Source: an archaeon (lineage in GTDB: Archaea; Aenigmatarchaeota; Aenigmatarchaeia; QMZP01; JAFGSV01). Taken from it: DNA of 64,000 nt. Positions 38,808 through 48,955 of this stretch are shown in pieces. The stretch is from NCBI GenBank assembly GCA_028279705.1, contig JANQNF010000046.1, forward strand, positions 17,019-81,018. The letters are read 5' to 3'. Each line of letters begins with the position of its first letter. Position 1 is the stretch's first letter. The translations under genes and the position numbers were made by a program. Below the pieces are notes generated by a model, which was given only the letters and a program-made list of their open reading frames with translations, made no database searches and was not told where the DNA came from.

Positions 38808-39323
38808 TCACCGATCCGTGTGTGTGGGGTGATTGGAAACTTCTGCGATCGCGAGTGCTTCAACGACACCTTCTTTCACAGCTTCGTTCCCACCGTAAAT
38901 TTCTAACGGAACGCCCATGCTTAAAAAGTCTAATCCTGCTTGAGCCACCGGGCTCACCTCATCTTCTTTACCATTGCCGTTATTATTATCGCAATGCCAG
39001 ATAATTTTCGGTGCCCATTCGTATTTTTTTTCAAAATCGTGAAGCTTCTCGAAGAGATTATAGTAGATACCCAAGGAACCGCAAGTACTGATACTATCAA
39101 GTTTAATGCGAATCTTTGAGAATGTTCTACCCTTTTTTTTCATCTTATCTTCTAAAAAATCAGAGACCTCATCGTAAAATTGAGAAGAATCATGTCCATA
39201 AGAACGACCGCGTATAGTTAAAAAATCATAGCAATTCGTAGTATCTTCTCGGTAAGTAACGCGTGGTTTGTTTTCTGATCCCTCAAAGAAAACGTCGCTT
39301 TTCAATACCCTTTTTATTATCAT
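38808..39323 (-). CDS. DUF1987 (SiaC-like) protein
   Basis: Pattern LTIRGRSY..QFYDEV.DFLE...F..L.Y.NTSS-like, IIWHCD resembles SiaC partner-switch proteins. Confidence 0.35.
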   Translation of the reverse strand: MIIKRVLKSDVFFEGSENKPRVTYREDTTNCYDFLTIRGRSYGHDSSQFYDEVSDFLEDKMKKKGRTFSKIRIKLDSISTCGSLGIYYNLFEKLHDFEKKYEWAPKIIWHCDNNNGNGKEDEVSPVAQAGLDFLSMGVPLEIYGGNEAVKEGVVEALAIAEVSNHPTHTDR

Positions 39324-39450
39324 TAATTATTTGCAATGCAAAGTTTTATAAACAGTAAATGAAATTGCATTTTTGGTACATTATACCGCACCAAATATCG
39401 AGATGTGTTTAAACCTGGTTATTTAGATAGGTCACTGTAATAATTAAACA

Positions 39451-41859
39451 ATGAGACTTGTTCATTTTGCCATATTTGGAATTGTCTGCGTGATTATTCT
39501 CACTTCCGGCTGTGTTCAGAATGAGATGCCAGCTGCGGAAACCGAATCAGGAGACGACTCACTACCTGTTGAAGAAAACGAAGGTGTCGTTGACGATGTC
39601 GGCGCTCCTTCTGAAGTTGAAGCGGGTCCAATCGCGATGCCGGACTCAGTAAGGAATAACTGTATAGGCTTCCTTATAGGGGACCCCGCTGAGACCATGA
39701 CGATCAGTAGAATTGGTGGCGCGTGGGCAAGGCCGCACCCGGGTCCATTCTCATGGGGATATATAGAGACGTCCAAGGGTGTCTACGATTTCAGCCAGAC
39801 TGATTCCTGGGTCAGAAAAACCCAGGAAAATGGCGTCGCGCTTCTTGTGACGTTCTGGCCGTTTGCCGACTGGGACCAGGATGGATGCAAGCCCGCTGAA
39901 TGCGACGCTGGCCAAGAGAGCATATTCTACCCAAGGGACGAAGGCTTCACAGACGACAAGAAGGGCGACCTGATGGGAGGTGAGCCTGAAAAGGATTTCA
40001 TAGAATCGTTTGTCCCAAGATGGAGGTGCACGCCTTGCAATTTCAGCGATTACAAGAACTTCCTAAAGAAGCTCGTTGACAGGTATGACGGTGACGGGAA
40101 AAACGACATGCCGGGCCTTACCATGCCGATACTTTACTGGGAGGTATCAAACGAGCCTGACATGCAGCACGGCTTCCACACGTTCTTCATAGGAACGCCG
40201 GGCGAATACACCCAGATACTCGAGGCAAGTTACGAGGCGATAAAGGAGGAGTGCCCTGAATGCATGGTCGTGCAGGGCGGCGCTGCGGGAATAGATGATG
40301 ATATGATCACGTTCTGGGACGGAGTTTTCAAGGCAAAAGGTGGTAACCATTTCGACATCGCAAACATCCACTACATCAATTACGGGGACATTTCAACGCT
40401 CAACGTGAAGAGGTTCAGGCAGCTTATGGACGACAACGGTGTGGGAAAACCCATATGGGTGACCGAAGTCGGCCTTGAAGACGAAAACGACGTAGTGCCA
40501 TCACTTATCGGTGCAATTGGGGCAGGAGCAGAAAAAGTCTTCCTCACGCAGTTCCATTTCATGACGTCAAAGGACGAGAAGACGGAAAAGACGATGGGCA
40601 CTTATTCAGAGGTTTTCGAAGGAATCGCGCAGAACTGTGAATCAGTCAAGCAGGAAGCTGTGGAAACTGCAGGAGATGTCGAGGAAGAACCGAAATCTTC
40701 ACTGAGCATGGACGCATATGTCAGCCTTTCAAGTCATCCTTGGCCGACGTTTCATGCAAACAATCAAAGGACGGGATTGAGCCCTTATGACACGAGCCAA
40801 GTAGATGGCACGATACTTTGGTCATACGATACAGGTAACGGCATAGAATCATCTGCTGCCATAAGCAAGGATGGAATGATATACTTTGGCTCACATGACG
40901 GATACCTTTACGCATTGGATGTCGACGGCAATTTCAAATGGAAGGCAAGTCTTGGAACGCCTGTTGAAAAGGACCATTACGGCCACATGATCAGTACGGC
41001 ATCATCGCCTGCCATTGCAGATGATGGAACTATCTATATAGTCTCGATGGAACAATATCTTTTCGCGTTCTCTCCATCGGGTGAAGAGCTGTGGAGGTTC
41101 CCCATTGGCGTATCCTTTGATACATGGGCATCCCCAGCCGTCGGCAGTGACGGAACTATATACATAACGTCAACCCAGCCAAAGGAGGGTGTGTATGCAG
41201 TCAATCCGGACGGTACGCGGAAATGGCTATACAGCGGGGATGAATCAAACATGTTCAATTCTCCTTCGATAGGAGCAGACGGGACTATATACGTAGGAAT
41301 ACCCACGAACCCTACACGTAACGAAGTAATAGCCATAAAACCCAGCGGCTCAAAGAAGTGGAGCTTAAGGACGTCGCTATTCCTCGAGTCATCGCTTGCC
41401 ATTGCAGATGACGGTACTATATACGTTGGTTCTTTTGTCGACGGCGATACCGGAGCTAGCCTTTATGCCGTAAAAGACGGAAGAGAGGTTTGGGAATTTG
41501 AAACACAGACAAAAGAAGTAATGTCGACTCCTGCCATCGGCAGTGACGGTACTATATACATGGGCGATTACAGGGATGATGGCAGCAGCCTGCACGCATT
41601 AAACCCGGACGGTACCGAGAAATGGAGCTTCCCCGTAGGCGGCTCAATAAGTTCTTCACCTGCGATAGGGTCTGACGGGACGGTATACTTTGGAGTCAGC
41701 TCACCTGGTGATGATCCATGTTTCTATGCGCTTAATCCGGACGGGACAGTGAAGTGGTCGCTTACTAGTATGGCTTCGTTCAGTGCATCACCGGCAATAG
41801 GAGCTGACGGAACGATATATATCGGGGCGTGGGATGGAAAATTCTATGCCATAGGTTAA
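39451..41859 (+). CDS. secreted lipoprotein: GH5-like glycoside hydrolase domain fused to PQQ-repeat beta-propeller
   Basis: Lipobox ILTSGCV; ILYWEVSNEPD (GH5 NEP catalytic acid); C-terminal repeats DGTIYIGS / GSDGTIYI. Confidence 0.65.
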   Translation: MRLVHFAIFGIVCVIILTSGCVQNEMPAAETESGDDSLPVEENEGVVDDVGAPSEVEAGPIAMPDSVRNNCIGFLIGDPAETMTISRIGGAWARPHPGPFSWGYIETSKGVYDFSQTDSWVRKTQENGVALLVTFWPFADWDQDGCKPAECDAGQESIFYPRDEGFTDDKKGDLMGGEPEKDFIESFVPRWRCTPCNFSDYKNFLKKLVDRYDGDGKNDMPGLTMPILYWEVSNEPDMQHGFHTFFIGTPGEYTQILEASYEAIKEECPECMVVQGGAAGIDDDMITFWDGVFKAKGGNHFDIANIHYINYGDISTLNVKRFRQLMDDNGVGKPIWVTEVGLEDENDVVPSLIGAIGAGAEKVFLTQFHFMTSKDEKTEKTMGTYSEVFEGIAQNCESVKQEAVETAGDVEEEPKSSLSMDAYVSLSSHPWPTFHANNQRTGLSPYDTSQVDGTILWSYDTGNGIESSAAISKDGMIYFGSHDGYLYALDVDGNFKWKASLGTPVEKDHYGHMISTASSPAIADDGTIYIVSMEQYLFAFSPSGEELWRFPIGVSFDTWASPAVGSDGTIYITSTQPKEGVYAVNPDGTRKWLYSGDESNMFNSPSIGADGTIYVGIPTNPTRNEVIAIKPSGSKKWSLRTSLFLESSLAIADDGTIYVGSFVDGDTGASLYAVKDGREVWEFETQTKEVMSTPAIGSDGTIYMGDYRDDGSSLHALNPDGTEKWSFPVGGSISSSPAIGSDGTVYFGVSSPGDDPCFYALNPDGTVKWSLTSMASFSASPAIGADGTIYIGAWDGKFYAIG

Positions 41860-41886
41860 ATGTGTAAAATTAAGGTGAATACGTAA

Positions 41887-42405
41887 TCAGAATTCCATGC
41901 ATTCAGGTTCGTAGTATTCTTTTGGGTGCTTGCACGACGGGCACTTCTCGGGAGGCTCCTTCCCGTTGTGTATATAGCCGCATTTTGCGCACTTCCAGTT
42001 TATTGGTTCGTCCCTCTTGAACACTGTGCCTTTTTCTACCATCTCAAGAAGCTTCTTGTACCTGTCCCTGTGCTCGGCCTCGACTTTTGCAATCATCCTG
42101 AAAAGTATGGCAGCTTCCTTGTTGCCTTCCTTTTCTGCCTGCTGGGCAAACTCTGGATACATCTTAGTAGTCTCGTAGTCCTCACCTTCAATGGCCTCCT
42201 TCAGGTTAGTCTTGGTGTCCCCTATGCCTTTGAGTAGCTTGAACTCGTCCTTTGCGTGCTGCATCTCATTAATCGCGGTTTCCCTGAATATCTTGGCTAT
42301 GTACAGGTACCCTTCCTTCTCGGCAACCTTTGCGAAGTAGTCGTACTTGTTCCTTGCCTGGCTCTCGCCAGAAAATGCAGCCTTGAGATTTTCCTCAGTT
42401 GACAT
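41887..42405 (-). CDS. rbr: rubrerythrin with C-terminal rubredoxin-like domain
   Basis: Diiron E..H motifs; CAKCGY...CPSCKHP. Confidence 0.85.
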   Translation of the reverse strand: MSTEENLKAAFSGESQARNKYDYFAKVAEKEGYLYIAKIFRETAINEMQHAKDEFKLLKGIGDTKTNLKEAIEGEDYETTKMYPEFAQQAEKEGNKEAAILFRMIAKVEAEHRDRYKKLLEMVEKGTVFKRDEPINWKCAKCGYIHNGKEPPEKCPSCKHPKEYYEPECMEF

Positions 42406-42454
42406 GATTAATCCTCCTGTAGAGATTATTGCGGACTCATATAAATAAGAATAA

Positions 42455-43123
42455 TTACAGCGCCGCTGCGATGAGGTCAGGTATTATGTCTATCACGCCG
42501 TTAATCATGAACTGTATTGCTATTGCCATGACCAGTAGGCCCATGAGCCTCGTTATGATGTGCAGGCCGCCTTCCTTTACTACCTTGCTGATCCTTTCCG
42601 AGTTGACCATCATCGTGTAGGTCACGACCGCAAGCATGATTATGCCGACGAACACGCCCAGTGCGGAGAATATCCCGTTTAGAAATCCGTCAGTCACCGT
42701 CATGTTAAGAGCTTCCGTCATGAGGAGGACCACTGTCACTATGCATGCAGGCCCTGCAGTAAACGGAACCGAAAGGGGCATGAGCGAAATCTCGTTATAG
42801 TCCATTTCAGTGGCTTCTATGTGCCTCTGCTTGTGATTCATCATGTGGATTGCCATTGTGAAAAGAAGTATGCCGCCGGCTATCCTGAACGCACCTATGC
42901 TGAATCCGAACAGCTGGAATATGAAAAATCCCGTGAGCCCGAAAAACATCAGTATGGTAGCCGAGAACTTCACCGAACGTTTTGCTATCTCCCTTTTGTC
43001 GCTCTTCTTCATACCTTCGGTGAGTGATATGAAAACCGCTGAAGTGGAAACGGGGTTTGATATGACTATTATGGACACGATAGCCCCTATTATGAAACTC
43101 CCCACGACTGCAAGGTCAATCAT
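42455..43123 (-). CDS. MarC-family (UPF0056) membrane protein
   Basis: 6 TM helices, typical MarC profile. Confidence 0.7.
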   Translation of the reverse strand: MIDLAVVGSFIIGAIVSIIVISNPVSTSAVFISLTEGMKKSDKREIAKRSVKFSATILMFFGLTGFFIFQLFGFSIGAFRIAGGILLFTMAIHMMNHKQRHIEATEMDYNEISLMPLSVPFTAGPACIVTVVLLMTEALNMTVTDGFLNGIFSALGVFVGIIMLAVVTYTMMVNSERISKVVKEGGLHIITRLMGLLVMAIAIQFMINGVIDIIPDLIAAAL

Positions 43124-43145
43124 AATAACAGTTTGTACTTAACTG

Positions 43146-43901
43146 CTACTTAAAAAGTTTCGCTTCTTCACGGAGGAATCTGACTATTTGGTCAGCAGTT
43201 TCAGGCACGGAACCGTTGTACTCGAACCACTTTATCATGGGATTTCTGTTAAGTTCGAGATACTGCCTTTTTGCAAGCTCTATGATATCATTAGTTATGG
43301 TATCTTTTGCCTGTGGCAGGATAAGTTTGCCGTCTATGTATTTCTTCAGCGGAACGATTGCAACGCTCTTGCTGGCAAGGAATGAGTTTTCTTCGCATAA
43401 GATTTTCTCAAGATCAGCTACGGTCTCATCGGTCACTTCCATTTCAACCCTGTCTCTCACCTTACCCTTGAGCTCATCGCCGTCAATGACACCCTTTCGT
43501 TTTATACCGATTGTGGCAGGGTAAGTTATTTTGCTGTCGTACCCGTTCCCGATCAGTGTATTGAGAAACTTCATGTAGCAGCCCTCGAATATGGGGATTT
43601 TTCCACCGTTTTCCGAGACATTTTTAGCCGCCTCTCCTGCAAGCTTTTTGTACTCTTCCGCGTCGATGTCCTGGTCAATATCCAGGAATTCGTAAAGATG
43701 TGTTCCCACGTTCTTGTACCATTCAATTTCGCTGTTCCTTTTGACATCAACAAGCCCTGTAAAATTAGGAAAGTCCCTGTACATCATGAACTTGTCGGAG
43801 TTTACCAGGTCACCCTTTTCCATTGCCGCTATTTCGAACGCAATGTCGGTTTTTCCCGAAGTCGTGGGGCCAGTTATGACGATACAGTTCTTGTATGGCA
43901 T
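43146..43901 (-). CDS. isopentenyltransferase (IPT; MiaA/Tzs family), short form
   Basis: P-loop ITGPTTSGKTD; NSDKFMMYRDF (DSxQxYR-like); LAKRQYLELNRNPMIKWF (AKRQ.TWFR-like). Confidence 0.45.
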   Translation of the reverse strand: MPYKNCIVITGPTTSGKTDIAFEIAAMEKGDLVNSDKFMMYRDFPNFTGLVDVKRNSEIEWYKNVGTHLYEFLDIDQDIDAEEYKKLAGEAAKNVSENGGKIPIFEGCYMKFLNTLIGNGYDSKITYPATIGIKRKGVIDGDELKGKVRDRVEMEVTDETVADLEKILCEENSFLASKSVAIVPLKKYIDGKLILPQAKDTITNDIIELAKRQYLELNRNPMIKWFEYNGSVPETADQIVRFLREEAKLFK

Positions 43902-44210
43902 TTCATCAGCCTGTGATATTAAATAATGGCAACTTTTTTAAATGGTGGCGCATGTTCGCTTCGAACGGAATGTGTGATCAATGCTTAAATTATTTTGCTA
44001 CAACTATAAAACATGTCGCCAGACCTTTACGAGCCTGCAATGAATGACGTCCTGGACACGCTTCTTGTGAATCTTGAGCAATTCACTTATTTTGCGAAAA
44101 ACGCTCTTTACATTGCAGGCGGTGTACTTGGAGCATCCGCATTGGCAGCCGGATTATGTTCGTTTGATGACGAGAATGTCCCTGAAGCCAGAAAGGAATA
44201 CCAGCTGTAA

Positions 44211-45290
44211 TCACTTAAGCAGTGCATTCATCATGTTCAGCACTTTTGGCTGTATGTAATGGTTTATCGTGACGTTGTAACTCTCTTTCCATTCATTATC
44301 CTTCTTTGAGAACCGCTTGTGGCCAAGCCTTGCAGCAAGGAACCTGTAGAATTCCAAAAGCTCCTTCTTGTCAACTTCATCGTGCATCGATATGAACTCT
44401 TTTGCCTTCTCGGTAGCGTAATATGACCTTACTATATGGGGATAGAACGCATGGCCGCAGTACCTGTCGAACGCTTTCTTGAATTGTGCGTCGCTCAGCG
44501 GGTGGCCGGTCTTCTGGTTCACGAAAACGAAATCAGTTGGTTTCCTGTCAGAGAGTACATTCTTTAGCCTTTTCATATACGACGGCGGAAAGTCCTCAGT
44601 GAATTCCCTCGGTACCCCGCCTTTTGATATGTACTTGAAAGTGACGGAGTTCCCCTTCAGCCTCATGTCCTTTTTCTTAAGAGTCGTAAGCCCCTTGCTT
44701 CCGTGCGCCTTGTAATACATCTCGTTGCCCACCCTCATATGGGTCTTAAGGAGCGTGTACATGGCAAGCGCCATGTCATCATTCGGGTTGTCTAGCGCCT
44801 TTGTCACCTTGGCATCGATCTCCGGGTAAAGCTTCCCAAAAAGTTCCACTTCCTTGTACTTCTTCTTTACGGACTTTTCCTTCTTGTCGAGCGTGTAGCA
44901 GTACGAATAAGTACCCCCGGGGTTCCTGTAAAGCACGTCCCAGTGCGTGTTCGATGCTTCGTCGTGTATGGTCAGGTGGTCAGAAAACAATGAAAACGCC
45001 TTGTCTATCTTCCTGTTGTCGGGAAGCACGTTTATCCTCGCGCCCTGGCACTTGCCGTCCGGGGAAAGCTGCCCCTTCAGAAAATGCATGTCATTTGCGT
45101 CTATAAGAACACTGAAGTTGCTGTATGCCTTGTAAAGCTCTATAACGTGAATGGCACCCGGAAACACCCTCTCAGAAAGCTTCCATCCAGAAGAAGTCTT
45201 CTCGTAAGGCTTCAGGTCCTTGACTTTTATCCGTATCGTCCCGTTAGGAATAGTTTTCTTCTTGCTTGAAACAGGCTTTTTCTTCGTCAC
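44211..45290 (-). CDS. topIB: type IB DNA topoisomerase
   Basis: LKTHMRVGNEMY (RxGNE) and active-site region SYNVTINHYIQPKV, similar to GTSKLNYLDPRI. Confidence 0.7.
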   Translation of the reverse strand: MTKKKPVSSKKKTIPNGTIRIKVKDLKPYEKTSSGWKLSERVFPGAIHVIELYKAYSNFSVLIDANDMHFLKGQLSPDGKCQGARINVLPDNRKIDKAFSLFSDHLTIHDEASNTHWDVLYRNPGGTYSYCYTLDKKEKSVKKKYKEVELFGKLYPEIDAKVTKALDNPNDDMALAMYTLLKTHMRVGNEMYYKAHGSKGLTTLKKKDMRLKGNSVTFKYISKGGVPREFTEDFPPSYMKRLKNVLSDRKPTDFVFVNQKTGHPLSDAQFKKAFDRYCGHAFYPHIVRSYYATEKAKEFISMHDEVDKKELLEFYRFLAARLGHKRFSKKDNEWKESYNVTINHYIQPKVLNMMNALLK

Positions 45291-45663
45291 ATTTTATTAT
45301 ATGCCGAATGTTGTTAAATTTATGAGAAGATGTTCAGAATTGTATTATTTTTGGTAATCATTTCCCAACCATTTAAGCTTCTGTGTTACGTTGACTGTGT
45401 TGTATGGAGAGTTGAAGCTCCCATTGTATCCTGTTCCCGGCCTGCCATTTTGCATGACCATCATGATCTTGCTCTTGTTCTTCCACCCGGCTTTCCTGTA
45501 AATTGGCATGAAGTCCATAAAGGAATAATATTCGGCCGTCAATTTTATAAACCTTTGTATAAGCGAACCCCTTTGGGGCTTCTTATTTAAATAAGTGGTA
45601 TAATTAATAGTAATCTTAGCCGCAGAGCAATGTGCTAAGTTGATGCTAAGTTAAAAAAATAAG

Positions 45664-48300
45664 GTGGTTTGTAATATGACAAAATCAGAAAAAATGGTAT
45701 ACTTCTTCGGCGAAGGGGATACTAAGGATAAAAAGCTTCTTGGAGGTAAGGGTGCAAATCTCGGCAGCATGACCAAGATCGGTCTTCCGGTGCCGCCCGG
45801 TTTCACAGTCACCGCCAAGGTGTGCATAAATGTTAACAAGACGGGGAAGTGGCCCGCAAGGCTTCTTGGTGAGATAGAGGAAAACGTAGTGGCGCTTGAG
45901 AAGAAGATGGGCAAGAAGTTTGGGGACAACCAGAACCCGCTTCTCATGTCCGTACGTTCGGGTGCTGCAGTTTCAATGCCGGGAATGATGGATACGGTCC
46001 TCAATCTCGGACTCAACGACGAGGCAGTCGAGGGACTTGCAAAGCAGTCCGGCAACGAAAGGTTTGCATGGGACTCCTACAGGAGGTTCATACAGATGTT
46101 TGGCGACGTCGTCATGGGCGTCGAGCATTCAAGCTTTGAGCACGCGCTTGAGAAGGTCAAGGCAGGAAGGCAGGACACCGATCTCTCCGTAGACGACCTC
46201 AAGAATGTCGTTGAGAGTTACAAGATGGTCGTAAAGGAAAGCGCAGGAAAGCTTTTCCCCCAGGACCCCATGCACCAGCTGAAGATGTCAGTAGACGCCG
46301 TTTTCAACTCATGGGATGGAAAGAGGGCTAAGGTCTACAGGAGGCTCAACGGCATTCCTGACGACATGGGAACTGCAGTGAACGTACAGGTAATGGTATT
46401 CGGTAACCTCGGCTGGGAATCCGGCACAGGTGTCGGCTTCACGAGGAACCCGGCGACGGGTGAGAACCTCCTTTACGGTGAATACCTCATGAACGCGCAG
46501 GGTGAGGACGTCGTTGCAGGCATAAGGACACCAAAGCACTTTGACGATATGAAAAAGGAGCTTCCAGGAAGCTACAAGGAACTCCAGGAGATCAGAAAGA
46601 CCCTGGAGAAGAACTACAAGGACATGCAGGACTTCGAGTTCACGATCGAGAAGGGCAAGATGTACATTCTGCAGACAAGGGACGGCAAGAGGACCGCAAA
46701 GGCTGCGGTGAAAGTCGCTGTTGACATGGTAAAGGAAAAGCTCCTCACAGAAGACGAGGCGCTCATGAAGATGAAGGCAGACCAGCTCGACCAGCTGCTT
46801 CACAAGCAGATAGACCCGGAAGCAAAGAAGAAGGCAGTGGCGATCGCAAAGGGCCTCCCTGCATCACCCGGTGCAGCTGTAGGCAAAGCCGTATTCACAG
46901 CAGACGAGGCTGCAGCCATAAAGGAGAAGAACCCAAAAGAAAAGCTCGTCCTTATACGAACGGAGACAAGTCCCGAAGACATTGAGGGCATGGACGCTGC
47001 AGAAGGCATCCTTACCGCAAGGGGCGGTATGACTTCCCACGCAGCAGTCGTTGCCAGGGGCATGGGCAAGTGCTGCGTTGCAGGCTGTGAGTCAATCAGT
47101 GTAAACGACAAGACAAAGGAGTTCAAGGTCGCTGAAAAGATCATAAAGGCTGGAGAGATCGTAAGCCTTGACGGTTCCACTGGCGAGGTGTACGACGTTG
47201 CTCTCGACCTGATAGAGCCAGAAATTGGCGGGGACTTCGGGACCATAATGGAATGGTGCGACAAGCGAAAGAAGCTTTCCGTCAAGACGAACGCCGACAC
47301 GCCGCACGACTCTGAGATAGCCAAGAAATTCGGTGCAGAAGGCATCGGGCTCTGCAGGACAGAGCACATGTTCTTCAAGCCTGAAAGGATCATGGCTGTA
47401 AGGGAGATGATCCTCGCAGAAGACCTTGAGGGAAGGCACAAGGCACTCGCAAAGATACAGCCGTTCCAAAAGGAGGATTTCAAGGGACTGTTCAAGGTGA
47501 TGAGCGGGATGCCGATCGTGATAAGGCTTCTGGACCCGCCGCTTCACGAATTCCTTCCGCACGAGGACAAGGAGATAAACGAAGTATCCAAGCAGATGAA
47601 CGTTCCGGCGTCAAAGCTTAAGGAAACCATGGAAGGGATGAAGGAATTCAACCCGATGCTTGGCTTCAGGGGATGCAGGCTTGGTGTCAGGTATCCTGAG
47701 ATAAACGCCATGCAGGCACGCGCAATCTTCGAGGCTGCATTCGAGGCCAAGAAGGAAGGCGCCGACCCGAAACCGTGGATCGAGGTGCCGCTCATAGGAA
47801 GCGTCAAGGAGCTGACGATGGTAAAGGAGATAATCGAAGGCGTTGCAGTGGAGCTTGGCGCAAACGGAAAGATCGATTACAAGATCGGGACCATGATAGA
47901 AGTTCCAAGGGCAGCGATGACCGCAGACGAGATTGCAAAGGAAGCGGACTTCATGTCATTTGGAACAAACGACCTCACCCAGATGGGCTGTGGTTTCAGC
48001 AGGGACGATGCAGCAAAGTTCCTAAAGATTTACGTCGAGAAGGGAATATACGTAAGCGACCCGTTCCAGGTGCTCGACCAAAGCGGCATAGGAAAGCTCA
48101 TGGAGTATTGCATAAACCTTGCCAAGAAGGCAAAGCCTGACATCCACATAGGAATATGTGGTGAGCACGGCGGCGAGCCCGAATCAGTCAAGTTCTGCCA
48201 CAGGGCGGGACTTCACGAGGTGAGCTGTTCACCGTTCAGGGTGCCGATAGCAAGGCTTGCTGCGGCACAGGCTGCAATCGAGGAGAAAATGAAAAAGTAG
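45664..48300 (+). CDS. ppdK: pyruvate, phosphate dikinase
   Basis: Phosphohistidine loop GGMTSHAAVVARGMG, RTEHMFF, CGEHGG. Confidence 0.95.
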   Translation: MVCNMTKSEKMVYFFGEGDTKDKKLLGGKGANLGSMTKIGLPVPPGFTVTAKVCINVNKTGKWPARLLGEIEENVVALEKKMGKKFGDNQNPLLMSVRSGAAVSMPGMMDTVLNLGLNDEAVEGLAKQSGNERFAWDSYRRFIQMFGDVVMGVEHSSFEHALEKVKAGRQDTDLSVDDLKNVVESYKMVVKESAGKLFPQDPMHQLKMSVDAVFNSWDGKRAKVYRRLNGIPDDMGTAVNVQVMVFGNLGWESGTGVGFTRNPATGENLLYGEYLMNAQGEDVVAGIRTPKHFDDMKKELPGSYKELQEIRKTLEKNYKDMQDFEFTIEKGKMYILQTRDGKRTAKAAVKVAVDMVKEKLLTEDEALMKMKADQLDQLLHKQIDPEAKKKAVAIAKGLPASPGAAVGKAVFTADEAAAIKEKNPKEKLVLIRTETSPEDIEGMDAAEGILTARGGMTSHAAVVARGMGKCCVAGCESISVNDKTKEFKVAEKIIKAGEIVSLDGSTGEVYDVALDLIEPEIGGDFGTIMEWCDKRKKLSVKTNADTPHDSEIAKKFGAEGIGLCRTEHMFFKPERIMAVREMILAEDLEGRHKALAKIQPFQKEDFKGLFKVMSGMPIVIRLLDPPLHEFLPHEDKEINEVSKQMNVPASKLKETMEGMKEFNPMLGFRGCRLGVRYPEINAMQARAIFEAAFEAKKEGADPKPWIEVPLIGSVKELTMVKEIIEGVAVELGANGKIDYKIGTMIEVPRAAMTADEIAKEADFMSFGTNDLTQMGCGFSRDDAAKFLKIYVEKGIYVSDPFQVLDQSGIGKLMEYCINLAKKAKPDIHIGICGEHGGEPESVKFCHRAGLHEVSCSPFRVPIARLAAAQAAIEEKMKK

Positions 48301-48309
48301 GTGACATGA

Positions 48310-48954
48310 ATGGTGAAGATGATATTCCTCGGCGCACCGGGTGTTGGAAAAGGCACCCACTCAAATCTCGTTGCAGAAGCCCACGGAATCGTCAAGATAT
48401 CGACAGGCGACCTCCTGAGGGAGAACGTCAAGGCAGGGACCGAGCTGGGACTGAAGGCAAAGGAATACATGGATGCTGGGGGCCTTGTTCCAGACGACCT
48501 TGTCATAGCGCTTCTGAAGGACAGGATATCAAAGGATGACTGCGGGAAGGGCTTCATCCTTGACGGCTTCCCAAGGACAATACCTCAGGCAGAGGCTCTT
48601 TCCGGCATAACGGAAATAGACCTCGTTGTCAACCTTTCGGCACCAGAAGAAGTCATAATAGGAAGGCTCTCCGGAAGGTGGACGTGCAAAAAGTGCGACG
48701 CCATCTACCACGAGCTCAACATAAAGCCAAAGGTCGAGGGCGTGTGCGACAAGTGCGGCGGCGAGCTTTACCAAAGGGACGACCAGAAGCCAGAAGTCGT
48801 GAAGAAGAGGCTTGAGACCTACCAGAAGGACACCGCACCTCTCATAGACTTCTACAAAAGCAAGGGAAGCTTCATCGAAGTCAACGTCGAAGGAAACGTC
48901 GAGGAAGTCAACAAAAGGGTGCAGGAAGCAATTAACGATAAACTTAACGGTTGA
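48310..48954 (+). CDS. adk: adenylate kinase (zinc-lid type)
   Basis: GAPGVGKGT; lid CKKC...CDKCG. Confidence 0.9.
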   Translation: MVKMIFLGAPGVGKGTHSNLVAEAHGIVKISTGDLLRENVKAGTELGLKAKEYMDAGGLVPDDLVIALLKDRISKDDCGKGFILDGFPRTIPQAEALSGITEIDLVVNLSAPEEVIIGRLSGRWTCKKCDAIYHELNIKPKVEGVCDKCGGELYQRDDQKPEVVKKRLETYQKDTAPLIDFYKSKGSFIEVNVEGNVEEVNKRVQEAINDKLNG

Positions 48955-48955
48955 A

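Noticed and set aside
46309-47562. Several 150-230-aa minus-strand ORFs inside ppdK
   Set aside because: Antisense shadows within a strongly supported PPDK reading frame.
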